Positions 18,701 to 27,561 of a stretch of DNA of 48,582 bases are shown here, one piece after another. The stretch is from a virus. Taxonomy: Duplodnaviria; Caudoviricetes. The stretch spans positions 1-48,582 of IMG/VR virus record IMGVR_UViG_3300025103_000030, one strand, 5' to 3'. The notes below the pieces were generated by a model. The model made no database searches, was not told the origin of the DNA, and saw only the letters and a program-made list of their open reading frames with translations. A program made the translations under genes and the position numbers. Numbering within the stretch: the stretch's first letter is position 1; each line of letters opens with the position of its first letter.

Positions 18701-21442
18701 CTCAGATACTGTAAATACTTCCCTTAGTTCTTTGTCACTTACTCTTTGAATATCTGATATCCAATCTTCAATGGCTTCCATGTCATACTTGACAAGCAGT
18801 GAAAGATTTTCAGCAGGCTTGGGATAGGCTACCTGTATTTTTGATTCCCTCTTTGCAAACTTTTTATACTTCTTGTCTACCGCTTCTATTGCGGGTCTAG
18901 TAACTTGCGCCCTAGCAAGAGCATCTGCAACTTCATTTCTGAAGTCCTCGTCAGTTTCAAGCCTTGAGTAAAAAGCGGTGACATTTTTAGCCTTTGCTTT
19001 TATTTCTCCTTCTTCTGTGAACTCTTGCAACTCGGCCCTGTCTGCTTCAGTCATAAGGTCTTTTTCAAGAGAGACATCTATTTCAGATACTGGCTTTGCA
19101 AAAAAGTCAGACTCTAACCTAGCACCTTTTAATCTTGTTACTAACCTAACGTTCTCTTCTGTAGGAGGTATTGTTACTTCTCTTACCTTGTTTGTAGAAG
19201 TGTTCCTTAGTTTGTAGGAAACATATATGGGAGACTCTACAGTAAACTGCTTTCCCTTTAATCCCTTTGGGACTTTAGGAGTTGGCTTTTCCTCTAGTAC
19301 ATACACATCATCGTCTGGGTAGTACCACTTACCAGTCTCTGTGTTTCTTTGGTAGAACCTTACCTTGTCATTCTTTCCTACTTCAAGAAGGCCCTTCTCT
19401 GACATAACCTGCTCAAGGCTAATGCCTTCTATTTCTTTTTGTTCCTGTTCTCTCTGTTTTGCTGTAGTAACATCAATAGGATCACTGGAGTACTTTATCT
19501 GTAGGCTTTCAAGTCCTTTGGTTCCAGAATCACGGTCAACTATATTGCCTGTTTCTTTATCTGTAACTTCCCAGAAAGAATTTTTACGCCCGTCCTCTTT
19601 CTTTAGAATGTGCTTATCTGTTTCGTATATTAGAGTAGAATCGTAAGTGCCTTTAATTTTATTTTTAAATACTCTTTCGCCTGTATCTGTAACAGTGTCT
19701 GTCTTTCCTGTAATTTCCCAACCAAGGCTAGTTGCTTTAGTTTTCTTTGCCTGACCTGACTCAGCAGTAATTTCAGCAGGAAATCCTATTTTTCTTTGGC
19801 GCTTTTCTCTTGCTACTATACCAGTAGGCTCTTTCTTTTCGGGAACAGCAGGAGCAGGCAACAGTTTAGGATCGTAAGTAAGTCTGGGTGTTTCATCTAC
19901 TAACTGTTTTCTGGTAAGTTGCCTTTTTTGCCGCTCCTCTAACGTTGTTTGCTGACCACTTTCTCTTGCTTGTTCTATAGTTCCAAGCCTTGATAACGTA
20001 TCTAGTTCTGGAATAGATACACTGTCTCTGTTTAATATTGCCGCAATGCTTCCCGCTTTTGTTCTGGCAGTGGCTTGTTTTAGAATCTTATCTTGTCTAT
20101 TTTTATTCTGAATGTCTACCAGAACACTTTCTATCTGCGGTCTATTGCCGCCGTAAATAGAAACTTCAATAGGACTTAGTTCTTCATTCCTTGAAATTTT
20201 TCTTGCTATACGATACAGACGTTGTGGTGCAATCTCTCCTGTTCTTACATATCGCATATATTCTGGCTGAGAAATATCTTCTTCAAAAATACTTTCTGCC
20301 GATTCAGGTTGAGGCAAACTTAAGTCTAATTGATCAATAGTTTTTGCCTTATTAAACTCTCCAAGTAATCCCTGTGAAGTACCTGCAATAGGAACAGGTA
20401 AATTCCTACTGTTAAAGTTACTCTGGTCTTGTGCGTTTAGCGCCTCATTAGATTCAACAATACCCTGTTGGGTGTTATCAATAATGTTTTGTGTATAGTC
20501 TTTTGCTTTTTTTCTGGCTGATCTGCCAGAGTAGGATACTGGTATACCGAGGAGGGTTCCAATGAGAGCGCCCCTAGCACCTGCTTCTAGTTGCTCTTCT
20601 CTTTGGGCTTCTGAATATTCAGTGAGAATGTCTTTCTCCTGAACGTAGTTGAGTGCTATGCCTTCAAACATAGTTTGGATGTATTCGGTAGTGCCTTCTT
20701 GAGCGCCCATGCCTATGGCTCTACCAATCCTAAGAGGAACACCGCTTTTTGGGTCTTTCATTTTCTTGCCAAACCAACTGGCAAAGTCTGCACCTCTACC
20801 CATCTTGCCTATGATTTGCATGGGAACAATCATGTCCAACACACTCATCATGGTTCCAGTAGATGCCGCAACAGCGGGCCTGCTTTCGCCAGTTTCCATG
20901 AGTAGGTCAGTGTAGACTTCAGCGGTATTAAGGAAGTCTATTGTTCCCAGTGTGCCAACAGTACCTAACGTTGGTCTTTTCAGAATAAGCGTTCCCACAA
21001 TAGCAGGAGCAAACGTGGTTACAAGGTTAGGAACTTGCTCTGCTACAGCGTTCATGCCCCAAGCAACAGCGCCTTTCCAATCTTCAATCTCGCCTAGATT
21101 TTTAGGCCCTTTAAGTTGCTCGTCAATTTCGTTGACATCCATACCCATAAGGATGCCAGACTGATATGCGTTACTCAGCCAATCACTTCCTGCTTCTTGA
21201 AAGCCAAGTTCCCTTAGTAACTCTCCTGTAAATCCTTTGAAGGTTACTTCAGCAGAGCCTGATAAAAGTCGTTTACCTTTGGAGAAAGCAAGAGACATAT
21301 CTCCTACTTGTGATTCAGGTTGAGTAATAACGTTTACAAGTGATGGTATCGCAGGAGTCTGCGCCATTATTTCTTCTAGTGTTCTTGTATCTGTAGGTGC
21401 TTCTTGGCCTACAGGCGCACCTTCTCTGTAGTATTCAACCAT
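12701..21442 (-). CDS. Giant internal virion / ejection (polyvalent) protein, 2913 aa, with a zincin-like HEIGVH segment
   Basis: Last of the structural genes; hydrophobic Gly/Ala-rich N-terminal EG.TE..Q region, HEIGVH...EEAFAY, C-terminal region typical of large podovirus ejection proteins. Confidence 0.75.
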   Translation of the reverse strand: MVEYYREGAPVGQEAPTDTRTLEEIMAQTPAIPSLVNVITQPESQVGDMSLAFSKGKRLLSGSAEVTFKGFTGELLRELGFQEAGSDWLSNAYQSGILMGMDVNEIDEQLKGPKNLGEIEDWKGAVAWGMNAVAEQVPNLVTTFAPAIVGTLILKRPTLGTVGTLGTIDFLNTAEVYTDLLMETGESRPAVAASTGTMMSVLDMIVPMQIIGKMGRGADFASWFGKKMKDPKSGVPLRIGRAIGMGAQEGTTEYIQTMFEGIALNYVQEKDILTEYSEAQREEQLEAGARGALIGTLLGIPVSYSGRSARKKAKDYTQNIIDNTQQGIVESNEALNAQDQSNFNSRNLPVPIAGTSQGLLGEFNKAKTIDQLDLSLPQPESAESIFEEDISQPEYMRYVRTGEIAPQRLYRIARKISRNEELSPIEVSIYGGNRPQIESVLVDIQNKNRQDKILKQATARTKAGSIAAILNRDSVSIPELDTLSRLGTIEQARESGQQTTLEERQKRQLTRKQLVDETPRLTYDPKLLPAPAVPEKKEPTGIVAREKRQRKIGFPAEITAESGQAKKTKATSLGWEITGKTDTVTDTGERVFKNKIKGTYDSTLIYETDKHILKKEDGRKNSFWEVTDKETGNIVDRDSGTKGLESLQIKYSSDPIDVTTAKQREQEQKEIEGISLEQVMSEKGLLEVGKNDKVRFYQRNTETGKWYYPDDDVYVLEEKPTPKVPKGLKGKQFTVESPIYVSYKLRNTSTNKVREVTIPPTEENVRLVTRLKGARLESDFFAKPVSEIDVSLEKDLMTEADRAELQEFTEEGEIKAKAKNVTAFYSRLETDEDFRNEVADALARAQVTRPAIEAVDKKYKKFAKRESKIQVAYPKPAENLSLLVKYDMEAIEDWISDIQRVSDKELREVFTVSETDFNKKVGQAQALITRKLKQRAKGKVTKKRPETERPYVELDALDPATGERPTPETTRVKVRESVAKEKGLDEGVFYPWEDIGTVPQWNTAKGDLSNAYLKVAGQLVLKTDIIGVEQRSTTKQLRDSDFIEVVTPDTIPNPETVDKAFVDRKTGVTVIKRKKDEEVDFDPAMLSPISDVEVYITFTNKQEHEAKVDALKDSLIARATETAGKTRKIKRVVDTTKNKKFLTTDIAQSLRGGRVTAVVKPSVLSKVNKIRKQNLDKLRALGRRYAVRIPSGFKPIEDSKFKFEVRHSTRQNQLKKGFVNIEALGSDNYADNIITISADSVLEATQTAVVPELIGAMSSYEALVEAGPEKGARLVASYNLSDGKGDLIQYNEFVDAVFGETAHRYGMFGADRERLQKARADSLSENVGNKAVFEMYDGSIISGTISSVDAGTSVSIQMPKDKAKPDPSVGKVVEGTYSNVIYVDLLNYQRVQVVRPQKIVDVGEAAPIEDIGPPDSMVVYTPEYGDAKEKQIPVRVFAETASDEPTIVRVYYSKLNKKYTVNVDGVSDLTGATAQETADYLNDVEERTAGQLKVYKLPQGLKSKEKALRVSGEGVPTEVRYTYSPGEEGVELGTTVMPVVETSVLKRKGFGVKTEYELGGNVVSRDDLVAAMSDPDAAKKLADDKETQKAADKFAKAVIKKAEADRKKREEQAVPVVTKPVTTTDTKKKEDKPTKPVTTTDTDELFVGEARQTTPDAPTDTEQVVAKPITGDTIFYRMDVGQSFEDKYGGKWKVTQKVSDYAYVQFTGGKAPDLKFQVSVKGKKDVTKFSKGMTIEVDQNSTPNNMRVRISHDNFETDFENYSIVRPIPADGQGSFKYNTGLTPKRFKEVLGSTVGRLNLERLIKSGEVIIVQNQQDVPFNLINMGVHAVTRNGKTWFITNNIKESEITGLYLHEIGVHLGMKQVYGDDFNSILNEVKSRRNNPEWADAFDAAIMSADQKTFADDVARENYISEEAFAYFVESNADYKNSFWQMIFDTLKRLAARFQMYIGRPVSDGQLIAFARGAARGMAQRNNQTTIDSDDEEYYSLVQGAADRILETEGGRKLHDAAERAGYTEKAGSAWRATKKFFDPFANLNNSRLLRKLRSLLAGKMGEIESMGRDILKAYDNLTEEQNQELFEFFTTQGATFAETSTVDKQLQQASIGLKNKIEEIANEADLREMFPEASKAQLAELRGAYLPRVYLTHILSHTTDVGGKFRTSGQFWAKTRKDFDESVREMWGEIKDVKYLLYSALTIPQHDIVLIDYLKQLSVRSAIEESDALKELNVKLNQKMVDRDNATTKEEKTSIDDEIKEINKQIKDMPQEEKYVAGEVPWVMPKQWVEVPYTKKDGTEGTRKTTLARLENQISDYQRFIEAGRNYKAIKPEAIAAAEEQVAKLEAARERFYKGLGIAVGDGTGLESYYSDNYDMKMFRPIPNKPDKYGSMAGLYVRKEIHEDIMGNADMVTGEQNLFQRMLLPYGKHAKLVSAFKTLKVPLNPPTVVRNFISNLVLMQLIGGVSFRRQPKLLRAALKEMRGEDSGMVFTNSVTGKKFTAYELAKEQGVSGTTLTSAELKKMEIVFQHMEKEGVWGILTGGQKMWNKISEFGGDLYQNIEILGKVAVIMDKLSNDTQIAELNQILSKEKTDLLSIEDIAVQEANRILFDYSEVNPTVRGLRSSFLGAPFITFQVKVLPELAKVLNDPSKYHRFLPYMMLIGSAQALFGSLPFMEDDWDKMEELLPEFTKDNTMLFLPWKDSEGRWQAVDISYFFPWSWYQQMGTKLGQGDVARAMIEGGVIGPGWQMVSTFMTGEDPWSGYKIVNEDDPLSDRIFDHLSYMNSMMMPPFLTRNGLVSVSSIGEAMYRLDPTEIEGKLFDFMLGRTNRYGDVKTSAFKLIGSSVGINPYAISPDERSAQNKRHLSDIRELKADRTSAKKNRSLTPKQRKRKVNELTRRIDEAREEKAEFNRKTSGIERTL
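16518..16592. repeat. 27-bp exact direct repeat (TKPVTTTDT x2)
   Basis: GTGTCTGTAGTAGTTACAGGTTTAGTT at 16518-16544 and 16566-16592. Confidence 0.9.
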
Positions 21443-21477
21443 AGTTCTCTCTCTTAGTCTTAGGCAAAGGCTTCAGA

Positions 21478-22596
21478 CTATTGTTGGCTTTCTAAATATT
21501 CGACTACTTCTGCTTGTTCTTTTTCTGAAAGTTTTGCAAACTCTTTGCTAACATACTTTCTTCCCTGCTCTTGACCGTATTCGTTTTCATACACAGCCAA
21601 GTTCCTTATAAACTCCATTGCTTTCCGAGAAAGTTTAATGTCATCAGCAAACGACAACATACCTCCAGTACCAGTACCGATAGATTTTTTGTCTTCTTGT
21701 CTAAGAGCATCTATCGCACTTTTAGGAAGTAACTGTGATGTTTCTCCTGTTGAAAAAGTTTCTACAAGATTTCCATATTGATCTCTACGCATATCCCTAA
21801 AATCATCTGGAATATTTGACATGCTACCGTCAGTAGGAACCAATTGACCAAACTCGTTTGTTCTTAAATTGCTAAAGTCATCTGGAATCTGATCAGATGC
21901 TCCTGCGGGTGATACAAGAAAGTCCAATACTGAAGAAACAGGCGTATTTAAAATTTCTAGCGCCTTGGCATTTTCTTCTGCGGCATTTGGATTTCTAGCC
22001 ACTCCAGATGCACCTAAACCAACGCCAATAAGTGTGTTTAATTGCCCTGCTCCTAGTTCTAGTCCTGTACCCAAAACATTTAAACTTTCCTCTGCCGCTT
22101 TTTTCTGTGCATCAGTTGCATCAGGTTGAGTTGCTTTCCATATAATCCCTGCTCCATCAAGAACCTTTGGATCAAGACCGGGATACTTGTTCTCCAAAAG
22201 TTCACGCATTTTTGGAGTCCAACGCATCATACTTGGATCAGTATTTTGCGCTTTAAGAGCGGCCATTTCATGCTCAACAAGGGTTAGAGCAGTTGTTTGA
22301 GGAGGAGGACTGTACCCAAAGAAGTCATCTCTGGCCGTCTTTGCGCTCAAAAGATTTTTAAATGCATTGTCTATTAGCGGCTGAAAATCAGGAGAGCCTG
22401 CGCTATCGTGTTTTAAAAGAGAATCGTAATGTTTTGAAGCCTCTGTAAAGTTGCTTGTAAGATAATCATAAGTCATCTGACGAGCGAATTGATCTGATTG
22501 AGACTGTGCCGACGCTTGTGCCTGCCGAAGACCTATCAATCCTTGTAGGCCCTCATCCATCACTTGGGTTGCGGCAAGAAGTTTTCTCATGCTCAT
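21478..22596 (-). CDS. Putative internal virion (ejection) protein
   Basis: Position before the giant protein; internal IPDDF..(L/M)R....G(Q/N)LV duplication. Confidence 0.55.
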   Translation of the reverse strand: MSMRKLLAATQVMDEGLQGLIGLRQAQASAQSQSDQFARQMTYDYLTSNFTEASKHYDSLLKHDSAGSPDFQPLIDNAFKNLLSAKTARDDFFGYSPPPQTTALTLVEHEMAALKAQNTDPSMMRWTPKMRELLENKYPGLDPKVLDGAGIIWKATQPDATDAQKKAAEESLNVLGTGLELGAGQLNTLIGVGLGASGVARNPNAAEENAKALEILNTPVSSVLDFLVSPAGASDQIPDDFSNLRTNEFGQLVPTDGSMSNIPDDFRDMRRDQYGNLVETFSTGETSQLLPKSAIDALRQEDKKSIGTGTGGMLSFADDIKLSRKAMEFIRNLAVYENEYGQEQGRKYVSKEFAKLSEKEQAEVVEYLESQQ

Positions 22597-23096
22597 ACAG
22601 CACCTCCAACCATGTTATTTATCATGCCTTGCTGTGCTTGAGGAGAGTCCATCTGGCCTTGCATAACGTTCTGCGTTACCTGACCTGCGGCCTGTTCATC
22701 AACCCTTGGATCACCTATGGACATGTACGTATCAATAGCAGAGACAAGGGCATCGCCCTGTATCTGTTCAAGTTGCTCTTCGCTTTGGATAGAGATAAGC
22801 CCTTCGTTCATTGCCATTTCAATAACAGCATTAATCACTTCAGCCGCAACAGCAATCAAGATATCTCTTGACAGTTGAACACCTGCGGATTCAGCCGCTG
22901 ATACTTGAGAGTGGATTAACTGACCAACAAGAGCGCCAACTAAATCAGCAGGATCGCCTCCTTTACCACGCAAGTTTTCAACAATAGTCTGATAAACTTT
23001 TGGATCATCAAGATATTGCTCAATGTTTTTAAGCATGGTTTGTGCTTGCTGTTTTTCCTGCTCTGTTGCAGGCTGAGTATTTCCCTGTCCTATCAT
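22593..23096 (-). CDS. Putative internal virion protein
   Basis: Gln/Ala-rich helical 167-aa ORF with ATGA overlaps. Confidence 0.55.
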   Translation of the reverse strand: MIGQGNTQPATEQEKQQAQTMLKNIEQYLDDPKVYQTIVENLRGKGGDPADLVGALVGQLIHSQVSAAESAGVQLSRDILIAVAAEVINAVIEMAMNEGLISIQSEEQLEQIQGDALVSAIDTYMSIGDPRVDEQAAGQVTQNVMQGQMDSPQAQQGMINNMVGGAV

Positions 23097-24145
23097 ACGT
23101 TTGCCCCTTGTGGATTACTCAGAAGCCCTGTTCTTGGGCCAAGCACAGTGCCCGGTTTAGGAGCAGGCTTAGTCCTGCTACCTTGTATATCCCTTAGTTG
23201 AGAGTAACTTACGTCAGGATTAAAACCACCATATTCATATCTTTTGTCTTTCTCATCTTCTGCTAACAAAGCGGCAACCATCTGTATAACTTTGTTAGTA
23301 CCATACAGGGCAATCATTGGATCATTCTTCCACAGTTCTTTATAGAACTGCCATGCTTTGCCTGCTTTGTCTTTGAATAGGGAAATGAAATCATTGCCAG
23401 TTAACTGCGCTCCAGTTGTGTCTGCAAGTAACGCATCTTCTCCAGTAAGATCACCACCAAAATACCTTGGCCTAGTTTCAAATGCAGGATTACCTATGTA
23501 AGGGTTTGTTGTCGCACCTGTTGCCGCTTGACCTGCCGCATCCGCTACTGTTACTGGCTCACTTGTTGGGACTGACTGTGCAGTGCCTGACCCAAAAAGC
23601 GATTCCAAAAGACTTGGGTTGTTTTCAGGATCAACCTTAAACATTTCTTCAAAGCCTTGCACTGCTGTGTAAGGACTATCAGATGCTCCCGCAGGAGGAA
23701 CAAGCGTATCTAGAACAGCAGTTCCTGTTCTCTCAAGAAATCCGGGTTGGGTTCCTCCTAGCAGTCCACCGCCTTGGGTAGTGATTGGATTAAAAGGCTC
23801 TACATTAGGACCAAGGAATGTAGTACCTCCAGTTACTTCACCAACAACATCAGGCGTAAAACTTGCAGGAGTAGTGACAGCACTTGTAGCCATTCCAGAA
23901 GTAGGCGCAACAAACCCTTGGCTTGCTTGAGATGCGGCTTGAGAAAGCGAACTGCCTCCTCGTATGCCGCTCATTAGGCTCTTACCCCATCCGGTTATCT
24001 GAGGCCATCCACCACCACTAAATCCTGTGGCGTATCCGTACCCCACATAAGCGGCGGCGGCAACAAGCAATACAGGGGCAATTTTCTTTAGGGCTTTGCC
24101 TGCCTTTTTAAATACTCTGCCTATTGATTTGACTACACTTCCCAT
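23093..24145 (-). CDS. Putative ejection protein with N-terminal amphipathic/TM segment
   Basis: Basic amphipathic N-terminus then IAPVLLVAAAAYVGYG hydrophobic stretch; Gly/Thr-rich body; follows the GNAT gene. Confidence 0.6.
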   Translation of the reverse strand: MGSVVKSIGRVFKKAGKALKKIAPVLLVAAAAYVGYGYATGFSGGGWPQITGWGKSLMSGIRGGSSLSQAASQASQGFVAPTSGMATSAVTTPASFTPDVVGEVTGGTTFLGPNVEPFNPITTQGGGLLGGTQPGFLERTGTAVLDTLVPPAGASDSPYTAVQGFEEMFKVDPENNPSLLESLFGSGTAQSVPTSEPVTVADAAGQAATGATTNPYIGNPAFETRPRYFGGDLTGEDALLADTTGAQLTGNDFISLFKDKAGKAWQFYKELWKNDPMIALYGTNKVIQMVAALLAEDEKDKRYEYGGFNPDVSYSQLRDIQGSRTKPAPKPGTVLGPRTGLLSNPQGANV

Positions 24146-24595
24146 TTATTTCTCCTTTGGTAAGACAAAGTTGTTACCTGTCCTTACCGCTCCCATTCTT
24201 TCATATAATCTACATGTTCGTTCTATATCACCAATGCCAGAACTAACCCCCATGCTTATCTCAGCAACGCCGGGATTGACTCTGGCCCATTGGATATATC
24301 TTCTTAGTAAAGAAGCACCCCAACCTTTTCCTTGATCAGTAACGTAAAAGAAAAGATCAGCGGCTTGTTTCTTTCTGGAGTACCACAGTTGGTGTGTCAC
24401 ACCTATGAACACACCCTCTACTGTACCGAGGTCTACAACATTAACTAAATGCTCTTTTGATAAGATGCATATCTGAAGATTCTTTTCTAGAGTCTTCTCG
24501 TCTAATGGAACTGAATTTGAAATTGATAATTTATGCGCTTCTTTTACAACGTTTGCAATTTGTTTAATGTCGCTATTATTAGCGATTCTTATCAT
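24146..24595 (-). CDS. GNAT-family acetyltransferase (virion-module type)
   Basis: MIR.A...D, FFYV...KGWGASLL, LYERMG acetyl-CoA-binding motifs. Confidence 0.85.
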   Translation of the reverse strand: MIRIANNSDIKQIANVVKEAHKLSISNSVPLDEKTLEKNLQICILSKEHLVNVVDLGTVEGVFIGVTHQLWYSRKKQAADLFFYVTDQGKGWGASLLRRYIQWARVNPGVAEISMGVSSGIGDIERTCRLYERMGAVRTGNNFVLPKEK

Positions 24596-24603
24596 TTATC
24601 ATC

Positions 24604-25635
24604 CTAAGATGTAGTGGTTAAGTTTGGATTTTGGTATGCCTCTCCCCATGTAGACGCAAAATCAGTTGGACTCATACCGTTACCACTCATCATATCGTAG
24701 TAATACTGTGCCGCTTGAGGGTTGCCTATAATGTCAATGAGGTCGCCTGCTGATTTCACTCTAAGAGATTCCATTCCTAAAGAATGTTCCATTCCTGCAA
24801 CTTCCATTCCAGTAGAGGCCTGAAGGTCTGCAACATACCGTCTGGTCAGGTCATTCATCTTTGCTTCATCTAGCCTGTAGCCGCCTGCAATGTGTGCCAG
24901 AGTTTCTTTAATAGCGCCGTCTAGTCTTTGGCTCATCTGTTGATAGAAGGCTTCGTTCTGTTGCTGACGAAACTGGTTAGAAAATCCTTGGTTAGCAAGT
25001 CTTTGCTGACTAAAAATCTGGGCATCTGCTTGTGCTATAGGAATAACAACACTCATAATAGAGTTCATTACTTCTTCTTGCGCCATACTAGAGTTAGTAA
25101 TTCCTCTAGCATTAAGCCTTCTCATTGCTTGTCCAGTAGCCTGTTGAAACAAAGGGCTGTTGGTATCAAGCATTGAAGCAACCCTGTTTTGTACAACCTC
25201 AGACTGTGGCCCTTCCATAACAACTTCAGAAAGCAATGGCTCTACTGTTTTAACACCTACAGGAGTAGGATCAAATGTTGATAGGTTTACTTGAGTCGCT
25301 GATACAGTAGGAGCAGGGGCAGGGGCAGGAGCGGGAGCGCGGGAAGGAGAACCACTTTCTATTTTTGCAGGCTCTGATTTTTTAGGAGCCTCAAGCGATC
25401 TTCCTTCTTTTTTACCATGCCCTGCGTAGTGCATAGAGCCGTATTCAGAAAGACTAACTCCTTTTCCCTTCCAGTTCTTGTCATAGTCTGCCTGAAGATC
25501 AGGATAACGTTGAGCATAAGATGCAAACACAGGATTATTAACTCCCTGAGAACCATGCTTTGTAGTAAACTTAGCCTCTTTAGGTTTTTCGTTTGCCTTT
25601 TTTCTTTCTATAAATTGTGGTCCTTCTCCCGGCAT
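24604..25635 (-). CDS. Putative internal virion protein
   Basis: Y..RYPDL...HY..HG..EGR N-terminal motif, PAPAPA linker, A.R.LNARGI.NSSMA motif seen in podovirus ejection proteins. Confidence 0.6.
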   Translation of the reverse strand: MPGEGPQFIERKKANEKPKEAKFTTKHGSQGVNNPVFASYAQRYPDLQADYDKNWKGKGVSLSEYGSMHYAGHGKKEGRSLEAPKKSEPAKIESGSPSRAPAPAPAPAPTVSATQVNLSTFDPTPVGVKTVEPLLSEVVMEGPQSEVVQNRVASMLDTNSPLFQQATGQAMRRLNARGITNSSMAQEEVMNSIMSVVIPIAQADAQIFSQQRLANQGFSNQFRQQQNEAFYQQMSQRLDGAIKETLAHIAGGYRLDEAKMNDLTRRYVADLQASTGMEVAGMEHSLGMESLRVKSAGDLIDIIGNPQAAQYYYDMMSGNGMSPTDFASTWGEAYQNPNLTTTS

Positions 25636-25644
25636 AACTTTCTC

Positions 25645-27561
25645 CTACCTTTTTAATCCGCGCTCTGAAAACTGAACAATAGCCCCTTGCAAAGTAACTG
25701 GCTTGTCGTATATGGAATCGTTTTTGATAATGATACCCATTGTTTCGCCAACACCATGTATCCTTGCTCTAGCCTTGTCAACTACTGCAATACCTAACGT
25801 ATCGCTTGATACATCATCTACTGTCCACTCATCATTTGTCACATTAATTGTATAGTCGCTAGTAGTAGGAACAGTACCGTCACCATAGTTATACTCTGGC
25901 TGTACTACTAACGTTGTGCTTGTATCTGAGTTTAGTTCTAAAAGTATTTCTCTAAATCTTTTCTTTCTGCTTGGGGTTCCATAGTGATGGTAAGCAAGGC
26001 GCACAAAAGATGGCACAGTTTGTCCATCAAAAGAAGTTCCTGAATCAATCTTGCGAACATAGCCATCATCAAAACCGCCGTAAAGAACTTCATCCCCGTT
26101 TGAATTTTCTCCAGATGTAGCACAAACTATCTGGTGATCCATAGAGAACGGCATAATTCCTTCATTCTTTCCGTTAAGAAATGTCATCGTGATGCCCGTC
26201 TTGTCATTAAAGTAAAGACGATACTGGTTCTTTTCCCTAACCCTAAGAGAAACGGAAACCTTGTTCTTGTACTTCTGTATAAGTGGGTCAACCTTTGATG
26301 ACACAATAGCCTGTTTAAAGTCACCATAGTTTAGTGTTGACATAAGGGACACGATGCCCCTGTCATCAAGGAACACTGTGGTCTGCATCTTCTGTACAGT
26401 TTTGGATACAGCACCAGTTCCTGTGTAGAACTGTGTTAGATTCCAATCATCCCTAGATGTTCCATAAAGAATATATGAGTTGTTTCTGCCAAAGATAGCA
26501 AGAGCATCCTTAGTTTCTACTTCTATTCCTGTTACATCATCTCCCACTACAATCTCTGCCGCTCCTAAAGTTGTACTCCAAATAGTAGGCAGTGCAGTAG
26601 AAGAGTTCTGTATAGAACCTTTTGGATAAGAATAAAACAGGTGTGCTTTAAATACTTTTACATTCTCTGGAGTATCAGTAGAAGTTCCGTTGTTAATCTT
26701 TATAAATGTTGTACCATCCCATTCAAAACCTTTATCAACACCGCTAACTCCATACATCTTTTCACTGCCAAGACTGCCTATAAAGTTAAAGTTAGCAAAG
26801 TTATAGGAACCTCCCGGCTGTAGCGTTTGCTCGTATAAAGCGCCCTGTGCTACAGCGATAGTAACAGTAGCAGGTTCAGAAGCGCCATTAACAAGCGCCC
26901 TTTTTATTCCGCTTACATGTATTTCTTCGTTGTTAGTCCATGTTCCGCTATTGGAAAGAACTGAAATAAAACCTGCCGCATCATTTGTAGAGTAAGCACC
27001 ACTGGTAATTGTTACTTTCTTTACTGTGGCTGTTTCCCCAGAACTAGAACCTGTGATAGTATCATCCTCAAGTATTTCTACTTCTCCCGCATCGAAAGCA
27101 AGAGTGGACATCTGTAAGTTCTCATTGTCTGCAAACACGCCAGATACATCAGTCAATACTACAGTGCCTTCTGCACCAGTTGACCAGTTACCGTGATATG
27201 TTAACCCTGCAACAGTTCCAGTTGCTCCACTAGTAGCGCCAGATATTGAAGCCCCTACCACAAACTCTCCGTTAGTAGTAGTTCCATCAAAGTTTAGCGC
27301 TTGACCAAGAGATATCTCTTGCCAACCAGTAGAGGATGACTTATACATCCCGGCAGTTGCACCGCCTGATTTATTTCTAAAGGCGTATATGTTTCCGCTA
27401 TACACCCAAACACCAAGAACAGAACCTTCACCCGGAACAACGCCAATAATGTTTCTTTGGTTCTCTATCCTCGCTTGTAACTCAGAAACTAATGAAGCAT
27501 CTGCACTAGCATCTCTTTTTACAGGAGGCCCATAAGAAAGCGATGTGGCGTATAGACCCAT
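25645..27561 (-). CDS. Tail nozzle / head-stabilisation protein (P22 gp10/T7 gp12-like), C-terminal part
   Basis: VPGEG.VLGVW.Y...YAFR start, beta-propeller-like composition, KNQYRLYF, G.P.RKKRF C-terminal domain. Confidence 0.7.
   Translation of the reverse strand: MGLYATSLSYGPPVKRDASADASLVSELQARIENQRNIIGVVPGEGSVLGVWVYSGNIYAFRNKSGGATAGMYKSSSTGWQEISLGQALNFDGTTTNGEFVVGASISGATSGATGTVAGLTYHGNWSTGAEGTVVLTDVSGVFADNENLQMSTLAFDAGEVEILEDDTITGSSSGETATVKKVTITSGAYSTNDAAGFISVLSNSGTWTNNEEIHVSGIKRALVNGASEPATVTIAVAQGALYEQTLQPGGSYNFANFNFIGSLGSEKMYGVSGVDKGFEWDGTTFIKINNGTSTDTPENVKVFKAHLFYSYPKGSIQNSSTALPTIWSTTLGAAEIVVGDDVTGIEVETKDALAIFGRNNSYILYGTSRDDWNLTQFYTGTGAVSKTVQKMQTTVFLDDRGIVSLMSTLNYGDFKQAIVSSKVDPLIQKYKNKVSVSLRVREKNQYRLYFNDKTGITMTFLNGKNEGIMPFSMDHQIVCATSGENSNGDEVLYGGFDDGYVRKIDSGTSFDGQTVPSFVRLAYHHYGTPSRKKRFREILLELNSDTSTTLVVQPEYNYGDGTVPTTSDYTINVTNDEWTVDDVSSDTLGIAVVDKARARIHGVGETMGIIIKNDSIYDKPVTLQGAIVQFSERGLKR

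Noticed and set aside
12701-21442. N4-like virion RNA polymerase
   Set aside because: No recognisable single-subunit RNAP motifs or DxDGD motif seen in the translation; cannot be fully excluded without structure prediction
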